Assembly: GCF_000009705.1 (NCBI RefSeq)
Contig: NC_003272.1
Span: 5,490,001 to 5,522,000, forward strand
Direction of reading: 5' to 3'
Length of the DNA: 32,000 bases
From: Nostoc sp. PCC 7120 = FACHB-418
GTDB lineage: Bacteria > Cyanobacteriota > Cyanobacteriia > Cyanobacteriales > Nostocaceae
The notes under the pieces were generated by a model. That model had not been told where the DNA came from and made no database searches. It saw nothing but the letters and a program-made list of their open reading frames with translations. Position numbers and translations under genes: made by a program. Positions 9,146 through 17,176 of this stretch are shown one piece after another; the first letter of the stretch is position 1, and the number at the start of each line of letters is the position of its first letter.

Positions 9146-9573
9146 GTATTAAGTATTTATTGGACACAAATATTATTTCAGAAGCCACTCGTCAAAGTCC
9201 TAATGTTAATGTGGTTAAAAAACTTACTCAGCATCAATTAGAGACTGCGACTGGTTCAGTTGTAATGCACGAACTTTTATTTGGTTGTTTACGTTTGGTG
9301 GAATCACAAAAACGTCGATTGTTGCTGGAATATATTAATCAAATACCTTTAAAAATGACAATACTAAATTATGATTTAAAGGCTGCACAGTGGCACGCCC
9401 AAGAAAGGGCTAGATTATCTAAGATGGGCAAAACTCCAGCTTTTATTGATGGTCAAATTGCGAGTATTGCTTACAGTAATAATTTAATTTTGGTAACTAA
9501 TAATGTTTCCGATTTTGAGTCTTTTAATGATTTAGCGGTTGAAAATTGGTTTGTTAATAGTGGTGAAGGCTGA
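9142..9573 (+). CDS. vapC: PIN-domain ribonuclease toxin
   Basis: 143 aa. YLLDTNIISE (first acidic residue), HELLFG, FIDGQIASIA and LVTNNVSDF together give the canonical PIN acidic quartet spacing. TTG start. Confidence 0.85.
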   Translation: MSIKYLLDTNIISEATRQSPNVNVVKKLTQHQLETATGSVVMHELLFGCLRLVESQKRRLLLEYINQIPLKMTILNYDLKAAQWHAQERARLSKMGKTPAFIDGQIASIAYSNNLILVTNNVSDFESFNDLAVENWFVNSGEG

Positions 9574-9576
9574 GTT

Positions 9577-10749
9577 ATGAGTGAGTGGAAAGAGACGACT
9601 TTAGGAGAGATTGCAGACATTATTATGGGGCAATCCCCTACAGGTGAAACTTGTAATAATAATGGTCAAGGATTACCACTATTAAATGGCCCTACTGAGT
9701 TTGGGGATAGAAACCCATTACCTACTCAATTTACTATTGATCCAAAAAAGATAGCTGAAGCAGGAGATTTGCTCTTTTGCGTGCGTGGCTCAACCACAGG
9801 TCGAATGAACTGGGCAGATCAAAAATATGCAATTGGTAGAGGTATTGCTTCGATCAGAGCAAAAGATGGAATCCTATTTCAACCTTACATAAGAGCAATT
9901 ATTGAAAAAGAGTTAAAAAGTTTACTTGCAGTTGCTACAGGTTCAACCTTTCCAAACATTTCCAAAGATCATTTACTAAATCTCATTGTTCAGTTACCAT
10001 CTAAAAATATAAAAATCTATATCTCTAATCTTGCACGGATTTTAGATGAAAAAATTTATAACTTACGATCACAAAATGAGACGTTAGAGGCGATCGCACA
10101 AACTCTATTTAAGCATTGGTTTATAGATTTCGAGTTCCCCAACGCAGACGGCAAGCCCTATAAATCATCTGGTGGGGCGATGGTGCGATCGGCGTTAGGC
10201 TATATTCCCGAAGCTTGGAGTGTTGGGAAATTAGGACAATATCTCAATATTAAACATGGCTATGCTTTCAAGGGTGAATATATAACAACGGAAGTAACAG
10301 AAAAAATTCTTTTAACTCCTGTTAATTTTAAAATCGGTGGTGGATTCAATGATTCAAAGTATAAATATTACTCTGCTGATGATTATTCAAATGAGTATGT
10401 TCTAAGAAGAAAAGATTTGGCTATCACAATGACAGATTTAAGTAAAGAGGGAGATAGCCTGGGCTATCCTGCATTTATTCCAGATATTAAAGGAAAAGTA
10501 TTTTTACATAACCAAAGGATAGGAAAGGTAGAAAATAATAATATCGACAAAACATTTTTATATTTTCTTTTATGTCGTAGAGAATATCGATCTCATATTT
10601 TAGGAACGTCATCAGGTTCTACAGTTCGCCATACGTCACCATCAAGAATTTGTGAGTATAGTTTTGTGATTCCAGATTTTGAATTAATTGATAAATTTTC
10701 AGCCCTAGCCACAGCAACTATTGACAAAATACTAATCTCTACGCTATAG
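9577..10749 (+). CDS. hsdS: Type I restriction-modification specificity subunit S, apparently truncated in the distal conserved helix
   Basis: 390 aa. TRD1 with WKETTLGEIADIIMGQSP and CVRGSTTGRMN. Central conserved region ILDEKIYNLRSQNETLEAIAQTLFKHWFIDFEFPN. TRD2 with WSVGKLGQYLNIKHGYAFKG and HNQRIG. The C-terminal conserved region stops early at ATIDKILISTL*. Confidence 0.88.
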   Translation: MSEWKETTLGEIADIIMGQSPTGETCNNNGQGLPLLNGPTEFGDRNPLPTQFTIDPKKIAEAGDLLFCVRGSTTGRMNWADQKYAIGRGIASIRAKDGILFQPYIRAIIEKELKSLLAVATGSTFPNISKDHLLNLIVQLPSKNIKIYISNLARILDEKIYNLRSQNETLEAIAQTLFKHWFIDFEFPNADGKPYKSSGGAMVRSALGYIPEAWSVGKLGQYLNIKHGYAFKGEYITTEVTEKILLTPVNFKIGGGFNDSKYKYYSADDYSNEYVLRRKDLAITMTDLSKEGDSLGYPAFIPDIKGKVFLHNQRIGKVENNNIDKTFLYFLLCRREYRSHILGTSSGSTVRHTSPSRICEYSFVIPDFELIDKFSALATATIDKILISTL

Positions 10750-10790
10750 CTATTGGAGAAATTATCGATAGGAGACTAAGTTTATCCACA

Positions 10791-11465
10791 TTGCGTATTT
10801 TTAATAATGCCAGAATTAGGTTGAATGGAAATGGTTTGTTATCAGATAGGCTAGGCTGTAAACTAGAAATCATTGAAAAAATTTTAGAATATAATGATCT
10901 AAATAAATTCAATCTTATAATTGGTGAAATTGTTCCAATTTCTGTGATTGGCAAATTACGTGAATTAAATGATGAAAGAAATTCCTTTTCGCATATTGCA
11001 GCTTTAGAAGAATCTCAAGCTGAAGATAAATACAATTTACTTATATCGAAAGTCATAGATTTGCTTTTTGAAGTAAAGAAGCTAGAGTCTATATCATTAA
11101 TTCAATATAAAAATACTCTCAGTAACATTACTGATATAAGATTTTTAAAATTCGATGGGCATTCATTAAAGAAAAGAAATCATGACTTAATTGTAGACAA
11201 TAATTTTATACGAACAAATATCGATAATTTGAATGAATATCGGTTGTTTTGTAAGTTCATAGCCAACAATCAAATTATTTGCTTATCTCCTTTTGCTTAT
11301 GGTTATCTTCACAATGGATACCCTCATATTCTTTTCTACAAGAAACAAGCAGAAGAACCAAACTATTTTATATTTGAAGTGATTGCTGACCAACCCCGCG
11401 AAATTAAAATAGAACGGAATATTTTTGATGTATCAATTCAAATACTTGAATCTTTACTATTATGA
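10791..11465 (+). CDS. Restriction-linked hypothetical protein: N-terminal HEPN/DUF4145-like motif plus an unknown C-terminal domain
   Basis: 224-aa ORF between hsdS and hsdR. Its stop overlaps the hsdR ATG (ATGA at 11462-11465). RNSFSH (R63...H68, nt 10977-10994) lies within LRELNDERNSFSHIAALEESQAEDKYNLLISKVIDLLFEV. The region is markedly AT-rich. The start is uncertain: TTG 10791 is the first canonical start after the in-frame stop at 10722, and there is no well-spaced RBS. Confidence 0.6.
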   Translation: MRIFNNARIRLNGNGLLSDRLGCKLEIIEKILEYNDLNKFNLIIGEIVPISVIGKLRELNDERNSFSHIAALEESQAEDKYNLLISKVIDLLFEVKKLESISLIQYKNTLSNITDIRFLKFDGHSLKKRNHDLIVDNNFIRTNIDNLNEYRLFCKFIANNQIICLSPFAYGYLHNGYPHILFYKKQAEEPNYFIFEVIADQPREIKIERNIFDVSIQILESLLL

Positions 11466-14353
11466 AATACCTCACCGAAGACGAAATCGAACAATACCAA
11501 CTTCAACTTTTGCAAAACCTTGGTTATAGCTACAGCAACGGCTACGACATCCAACCAGAAGGCATCAAGCAAGAGCGAGAAAGCTTCGGTGAAGTAATTT
11601 TAAAACATAGACTCCCACAGGCAATATCACGAATTAACCCCACCATTCCCCATGATGCCCAATATCAGGCACAACGGGAAATATTTAATATTGCTAGTTC
11701 CGACCTACTCAACAACAACGAAATATTCCATAAATACCTCACAGAAGGCATCACCGTTGAATATCAAAAAAACGGCGAAACCAGAGGCGAACCTGTTAAA
11801 TTAATTGACTGGGAACACCCCGAAAATAACGAATTTCTCGCCGTCAACCAATTTACAGTAATTGAAGACAACCATAACCACCGCCCCGATATTGTCCTGT
11901 TCATTAACGGCTTACCCCTCGTCGTCATCGAACTAAAAAACGCCGCCAATAAAAAAGCCAATCTTAACGCCGCCTATAACCAACTCCAAACCTATAAACG
12001 CAGAATCCCTAGCCTATTTACCTACAATGCCCTATTAGTAATTTCAGATGGGCTATCCGCCCGTGCTGGTTCACTTACGGCTGGGTTTAACCGCTTCTCC
12101 ACATGGAAAAACCCCACAGGCGAAAACCAGATAAACGAACTAGAAATTTTAACTAATGGGCTACTCAACAAGCAAACTTTACTAGATTTAATTCGTCACT
12201 TCACTGTATTTGAAAAGTCCAAAACAGAAGACCTGAAAACAGGCATAGTTAGCATTACCACCATTAAAAAAATCGCCGCCTATCATCAATATTACGCCGT
12301 TAATAAAGCCGTCGAATCTATTATTAATGCCTCATCCCAAGAAGGCGCACGCAAAGGCGGTGTACTTTGGCATACCCAAGGAAGCGGTAAATCCCTTTCA
12401 ATGGTATTTCTGGCAGGAAAACTGGTTTTAAACGAAAACCTCCAGAACCCCACCATTGTCATGTTGACAGATCGCAATGACTTAGATGATCAACTATTTG
12501 ATACCTTCGCAGGTTGTCAGCAACTCCTCAGACAAGACCCCCAACAAGCAGGAGATAGAGAACAAGTCCGCCAATTACTTAACACCAACTCAGGCGGCAT
12601 CATATTTACCACCGTCCAGAAATTTTCCCCTGCTGATGGCGAAACCCTCTATCCCCAAATCAGCCCTCGCCCTAATATCATTGTCCTGGCTGATGAAGCC
12701 CACCGCAGCCAATACGGTTTCACAGCTAAACAAGTTAATGTCCTTGATGCTGAAGGTAACGTGATTGGTAAACGCACCAAATACGGCTTTGCAAAATATA
12801 TTAGACAAGCCTTACCCAATGCTACCTTTGTCGGCTTCACAGGTACACCCGTAGAACAAACCGACAAAAACACCCCCGCCATTTTTGGTGAATATATCGA
12901 CATCTACGACATCTCCCAAGCCGTCAAAGATGGGGCAACCGTGCCGATTTATTACGAAAGCCGCTTAGTACAAGTTGATTTAGACGCAGCAGGTAGACAA
13001 CTCCTAGATGAACTAGACGAAGACCTGAGCTTTGAAGACCTCAGCACCACCCAAAAAGCCAAAGCTAAACAAACCAAACTTGAGGCGATTGTTGGTTCTA
13101 CTAAAAGAATAAGACAGATTGCCCAAGATATTGTCACCCACTTTGAGGCACGGCAACAGGTAAACAAAGGCAAAGCCATGATTGTCACCATGAGCCGCCA
13201 AATCGCCGTTAATCTCTACGATGCCATAATTCAACTCCGCCCTGATTGGCACAGTGAGGATCTCAACTTAGGCAAAATCAAAGTTGTAATTACTACCTCT
13301 GCCGCCGATGAAGGTAATTTAGTTAAACATCACACCAGTAAAGCCCAACGTCAAAACCTCGCCCAACGCCTCAAAGACCCCGAAAACTCCCTAGAATTAG
13401 CCATAGTCTGTGATATGTGGCTCACAGGCTTTGATGCCCCATGTCTGCACACTATGTATATTGATAAACCGCTTAAAAGTCATAATTTAATGCAAGCGAT
13501 CGCCAGAATTAACCGCGTCTATTTTGAAAAAACAGGCGGTTTGATTGTGGACTATCTAGGACTAGCCACCGAACTCAAAAAAGCCCTATCCTTTTATTCT
13601 CAAAGTGGCGGTAAAGGCGACCTCACCCTCAATCAAGAAGTGGCGGTGGGACTACTCCTAGCCAAATTGGAAATCGTCGAGCAAATCATATCAGGCTTTA
13701 CCTATCAGCATTATTTTGAGGCTGACACTGGCGAAAAATTGAATATCCTCAAAAATGCCACTAACTACGTAGCTGCACCAAACATCAAAGATAGATTTCT
13801 CAGTGAAGTTATCGCCCTATCTAAAGCCCATTCTCTCGCCGTACCCCATCCCCAAGCGATCGCCGCATCAGAAACCATCTCATTTTTCCAAGCCATCCAA
13901 GCCAGCCTCAGAAAACTAGAAGGAAGTGGTGATAGTGGTGGACTCAGCAACCAAGACATCGAAACCGCCATCCGTCAAGTCGTAGATCAAGCCTTGGTAT
14001 CCGATGCCGTGATTAACATCTTTGATGAAGCAGGTATTAAAAATCCTGACATCTCCATCATCTCCGATGAATTTATGGCAGAAGTGCGGGGCATGGAACA
14101 CCAAAACCTCGCGGTGGAACTGCTGCAAAAACTACTCAAGGATGAAGTTAAAACCCGCAGTCGCACAAATATTGTCCAAAGTCGTAAACTCTCAGAAATG
14201 TTGGAAGATGCCCTACGCCGCTATCGCAACCAAGTGATCAGCGTTACGGATATTTTAGAAGAACTGCTGGAACTAGCAAAAGATACCAAAGCTGCCAACG
14301 CCAGGGGTGAAGAACTGGGACTAGAACCCTATGAACTGGCCTTCCTTTTATGA
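11462..14353 (+). CDS. hsdR: Type I restriction enzyme, endonuclease/translocase subunit R (3' end frameshifted)
   Basis: 963 aa. N-terminal PD-(D/E)xK core (RPDIVLFINGLPLVVIELK). SF2 helicase motifs: Walker A HTQGSGKSLSMVF, DEAH box VLADEAHRSQ, GFTGTP and QAIARINR. The frame ends at ELAFLL*, exactly where the conserved ELAFYDAL motif would begin. Confidence 0.93.
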   Translation: MKYLTEDEIEQYQLQLLQNLGYSYSNGYDIQPEGIKQERESFGEVILKHRLPQAISRINPTIPHDAQYQAQREIFNIASSDLLNNNEIFHKYLTEGITVEYQKNGETRGEPVKLIDWEHPENNEFLAVNQFTVIEDNHNHRPDIVLFINGLPLVVIELKNAANKKANLNAAYNQLQTYKRRIPSLFTYNALLVISDGLSARAGSLTAGFNRFSTWKNPTGENQINELEILTNGLLNKQTLLDLIRHFTVFEKSKTEDLKTGIVSITTIKKIAAYHQYYAVNKAVESIINASSQEGARKGGVLWHTQGSGKSLSMVFLAGKLVLNENLQNPTIVMLTDRNDLDDQLFDTFAGCQQLLRQDPQQAGDREQVRQLLNTNSGGIIFTTVQKFSPADGETLYPQISPRPNIIVLADEAHRSQYGFTAKQVNVLDAEGNVIGKRTKYGFAKYIRQALPNATFVGFTGTPVEQTDKNTPAIFGEYIDIYDISQAVKDGATVPIYYESRLVQVDLDAAGRQLLDELDEDLSFEDLSTTQKAKAKQTKLEAIVGSTKRIRQIAQDIVTHFEARQQVNKGKAMIVTMSRQIAVNLYDAIIQLRPDWHSEDLNLGKIKVVITTSAADEGNLVKHHTSKAQRQNLAQRLKDPENSLELAIVCDMWLTGFDAPCLHTMYIDKPLKSHNLMQAIARINRVYFEKTGGLIVDYLGLATELKKALSFYSQSGGKGDLTLNQEVAVGLLLAKLEIVEQIISGFTYQHYFEADTGEKLNILKNATNYVAAPNIKDRFLSEVIALSKAHSLAVPHPQAIAASETISFFQAIQASLRKLEGSGDSGGLSNQDIETAIRQVVDQALVSDAVINIFDEAGIKNPDISIISDEFMAEVRGMEHQNLAVELLQKLLKDEVKTRSRTNIVQSRKLSEMLEDALRRYRNQVISVTDILEELLELAKDTKAANARGEELGLEPYELAFLL

Positions 14354-14498
14354 TGCACTGTCACAAAACCAAAGCGCACAGGATGTAATGGGTGTTGATA
14401 AACTGCGAGAATTAGCGATCGTTTTAGTAGATCGCATTCGCAAAAATGTTTCTATTGACTGGAATCTTAAAGTTAGAACAAGCCAAAGTTTTTACTGA
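14346..14498 (+). pseudogene. Out-of-frame, truncated remnant of the HsdR C-terminal domain (DUF3387-type)
   Basis: The +1 frame reads FYDALSQNQSAQDVMGVDKLRELAIVLVDRIRKNVSIDWNLKVRTSQSFY*. From memory this is the usual continuation of HsdR, and it breaks off soon after the IDW motif. Confidence 0.7.
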
Positions 14499-14625
14499 AT
14501 TTGCAGTCTCAATCAACACATAAAAGGATTTGGTTTAGTGCTTTCCGAGGTATACCATAAAATCACAAAAAAGCTTAAATACTGAGCGTAGTCACGATGT
14601 TCAAGCTAAAAATTATCTTCACCAA

Positions 14626-14656
14626 GGATGGGCGATTCGTCCATCCTTTATATTTA
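14626..14656 (+). terminator. Hairpin plus T-rich tail; right copy of the island-flanking repeat
   Basis: GGATGGGCGATTCGTCCATCC followed by TTTATATTT. AAGGATGGGCGATTCGTCCATCCTTTATATTT (14624-14655) equals 5522-5554 apart from one extra G in the loop of the left copy. Confidence 0.55.
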
Positions 14657-14709
14657 TACTATTTCACTTGAATCATCCAAACAATTTCTCAAACCTTTAA
14701 CTTTTGGTC

Positions 14710-17025
14710 ATGAATAACCAAGCTGGAGACTTTTTCGAGGAACTACCGTTAATTTTAGCGGGGCCATTGCTACAACATACTGAAGCAAAATCAGTCACCG
14801 TACTGGTTGCACTGCAACAATCTTGTCGGGTAGAACTCAAAGTTTACGCAACAACAAATAATGGTGAAAGGTTAGGAAATTGTTTATTAGAAGGACAACG
14901 CTTAACGGTTGCTTTGGGCAAGTATCTGCACATTGTAGCGATTACAGCCGTGTCTCCCTTGGGAGAGAGTTTAATTAGCGATCGCATTTATGCTTATGAC
15001 CTCCAGTTCGCCTGTGCTGACCAAACTTTGCTAACTCTAGAACAAGCATTATCTTCAAATCGCTTTCCCCAAGTTAGTATTAGTTACTTTGAGCATCAAA
15101 AACCAACTTTTGTGCTTCCTCCAGATTCGTTGGCAGATTTGCATATTATCCATGCTTCTTGTCGCAAACCCCACGGACACGGAATAGATGCCTTACCCTT
15201 ACTCGATGCTCTCATTGCCTCAGCCGCCAAGCAACCCCGTAGCCGTCCTCATCAGTTATTCCTCACAGGTGACCAAATCTATGGTGATGATGTTGCAGAT
15301 CCGTTTTTATGGGTCGCCAGTCATCTTGGTGATGCCCTGCTTGGTTGGGAAGAAAGACTTCCTGTAGGTGAAGGTTATCGCACTCCCAAAGAACTAGCCC
15401 CAGGAGAACGGGCAAAAGTGGCCACTGAGGAAGCAATGCTGACAGCTGGATTGCATAATAAATCAGAGAAAGTTTCCAGTCATTTGTTTAGTTTGGGGGA
15501 ATATTACGCCGCTTATTTACTAGCTTGGTCGCCTGTGTGCTGGCCAGATGCCTTTCCCCCCGGAAAATGGGTCACAAGCGATCGCCAAGCCCTAAAAATT
15601 TGGGATCAGTCTGTAGCTGATTTACGACAATTAATTTACACACTGGGACAAGTGCGGCGATCGCTGGCGAATATTCCCATGTACACCATCTTTGATGACC
15701 ATGATGTCAGCGATGATTGGAACTTAAATCAAGCTTGGTGTTTACGAGTTTTGGGTAATCCTCTAGGACGGCGGACTGTACAAAATGCCTTGTTAGCATA
15801 CAGTGTCTTTCAAGCTTGGGGGAATACGCCAGAGCAGTTTACAGATGGGCGATCTGGGGAAAAGTTGCTAGCGGCGGCGAAGAATTGGTCAGCATCAGCC
15901 GGGAAGAATGTTGAGGCTGATCAGGCGATCGCTCGTTATGTCGGGATGCCAAGCTGTAACCCCCACACAGGACTACCCAATTTTGTTTTAGAAGATGGCG
16001 TATTTATTCTGGAACGCCATCCCGAAACACTGACTTGGCACTACACCATCACCAGCAATTGTCATGAAGTCATAGTATTAGACACCCGTACATGGCGGGG
16101 CTACCCAGCCGACAAAAAACCAATTGCCCCACCGATGTTGTTATGTCCCCGTGCAATGAAACAACAACTGTTGCAACCATTACAAAAAACCGCAGACAAA
16201 CAAAATCTCACCACCTTTGTGATTGCACCTACCAACGTATTTGGATTGCAAGCGATCGATTGGATTCATCATTGGCAGTTAAAGCGCGAAAAAGTTTTTT
16301 CTACAGATGTCGGTGATTCCTGGAATATCCATTTTGAAGCCTTAGCAAAACTCCTGACAACTTTATGTGAGCAACGCCAACAAGTCATCATTCTTTCTGG
16401 TGATATTCATTACAGTTGTGCCGCCCGCTTCTCTTATGGAGCAATTCCCCATTCACCACAGCAATCTGTCATAGTCCAGTTAACCGCCAGTGCTTTGAAA
16501 AATGAAGAGACGCTCACTAAAATAATCCATACACGATTAAAACAATGGCTTTTGCCAGAAAAAATTCGCCGTTGGCTAGGCTGGAATCAACCACCCAATA
16601 TGCTGGAAGTTACCGCAAAACGGTTACACCGCCGCCAAGCACTAACTAATCCTGATTGGCATTGTGTACTGGAGTGGATACCGCGACAACCCACCCAAAA
16701 TTTTTATCACCAATTGGATATGTCTACTTTCATTACCCCCAAAAACCGCCGAAATCTACGCTGGCAATGGTTAAAACCCCTGAAATTTTGGCAATCTCCC
16801 TGGTTCCAAGATGGACGAGAAGTAGTTGGGTTGAACAATTTAGCATTTGTTCACTTTGAGCTATCTGGTAATAGTAATTCTTATCAAGTCATTCAGGATA
16901 CTTATTGGTTTTCTTCTACGTCTACAACGCAAATTGTTTACAGTCGCTTTGCCACTGATTTGCAACCAAATCAGTACTTGTTAAATGAATTTTTGATTAT
17001 AGGGAGTCAACCAATTCACAATTAA
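14710..17025 (+). CDS. PhoD-like metallophosphatase-fold protein (large, function unknown)
   Basis: The motif series resembles PhoD-type calcineurin-like phosphoesterases: HASCRKPHG, LFLTGDQIYGDDV, IFDDHDVSDDWN, ILSGDIHYS. A beta-rich N-domain precedes it (ILAGPLLQHTEAKSVTVLVALQQSCRVELKVY). ATG 14710 is preferred over TTG 14704. Confidence 0.6.
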   Translation: MNNQAGDFFEELPLILAGPLLQHTEAKSVTVLVALQQSCRVELKVYATTNNGERLGNCLLEGQRLTVALGKYLHIVAITAVSPLGESLISDRIYAYDLQFACADQTLLTLEQALSSNRFPQVSISYFEHQKPTFVLPPDSLADLHIIHASCRKPHGHGIDALPLLDALIASAAKQPRSRPHQLFLTGDQIYGDDVADPFLWVASHLGDALLGWEERLPVGEGYRTPKELAPGERAKVATEEAMLTAGLHNKSEKVSSHLFSLGEYYAAYLLAWSPVCWPDAFPPGKWVTSDRQALKIWDQSVADLRQLIYTLGQVRRSLANIPMYTIFDDHDVSDDWNLNQAWCLRVLGNPLGRRTVQNALLAYSVFQAWGNTPEQFTDGRSGEKLLAAAKNWSASAGKNVEADQAIARYVGMPSCNPHTGLPNFVLEDGVFILERHPETLTWHYTITSNCHEVIVLDTRTWRGYPADKKPIAPPMLLCPRAMKQQLLQPLQKTADKQNLTTFVIAPTNVFGLQAIDWIHHWQLKREKVFSTDVGDSWNIHFEALAKLLTTLCEQRQQVIILSGDIHYSCAARFSYGAIPHSPQQSVIVQLTASALKNEETLTKIIHTRLKQWLLPEKIRRWLGWNQPPNMLEVTAKRLHRRQALTNPDWHCVLEWIPRQPTQNFYHQLDMSTFITPKNRRNLRWQWLKPLKFWQSPWFQDGREVVGLNNLAFVHFELSGNSNSYQVIQDTYWFSSTSTTQIVYSRFATDLQPNQYLLNEFLIIGSQPIHN

Positions 17026-17076
17026 AAATAGCCTACATCTGGGCTAAAGCCTACAAAATCCAAAGTTAAATAAGTT

Positions 17077-17116
17077 TGGGGTGGGCAGGTTTCCACCCCA
17101 CAAAAATTTTATTTTT
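17077..17116. terminator. Hairpin between convergent genes (PhoD-like gene and gcvP)
   Basis: TGGGGTGG (17077-17084) pairs with CCACCCCA (17093-17100) around an 8-nt loop. An A-rich then T-rich tract follows (CAAAAATTTTATTTTT), which suits termination from either side. Confidence 0.5.
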
Positions 17117-17176
17117 GGCTAATGTGCAGGCTAATTGAGCAACGGCTTATAACAATTCTCTTTGCTTAATTACCAA

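Noticed and set aside
11764-14237. Small ORFs on both strands inside hsdR (for example 12486-12764, 12649-12903, 13013-13252, 14022-14237)
   Set aside because: They are shadow ORFs within a well-supported helicase/nuclease gene, with no independent signals.
5555-14623. Low HIP1 (GCGATCGC) density as proof that the island is foreign
   Set aside because: By eye I count 4 HIP1 sites in the 9.1-kb island against roughly 1 per kb in many flanking genes. But the core gene gcvP (3 kb) also has none, so the statistic is not decisive. Proper oligonucleotide-usage analysis is needed.
5555-14623. Integrase, transposase or recombinase that could mobilise the island
   Set aside because: No ORF in the six-frame track within the island shows tyrosine or serine recombinase motifs or DDE motifs. 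The island cannot be called an integrative element on present evidence.
14597-14665. 22-codon mini-ORF (MFKLKIIFTKDGRFVHPLYLYYFT) running through the right flanking repeat
   Set aside because: It is very short with no RBS. The similar reading through the left repeat copy is explained by DNA identity, not by coding conservation.
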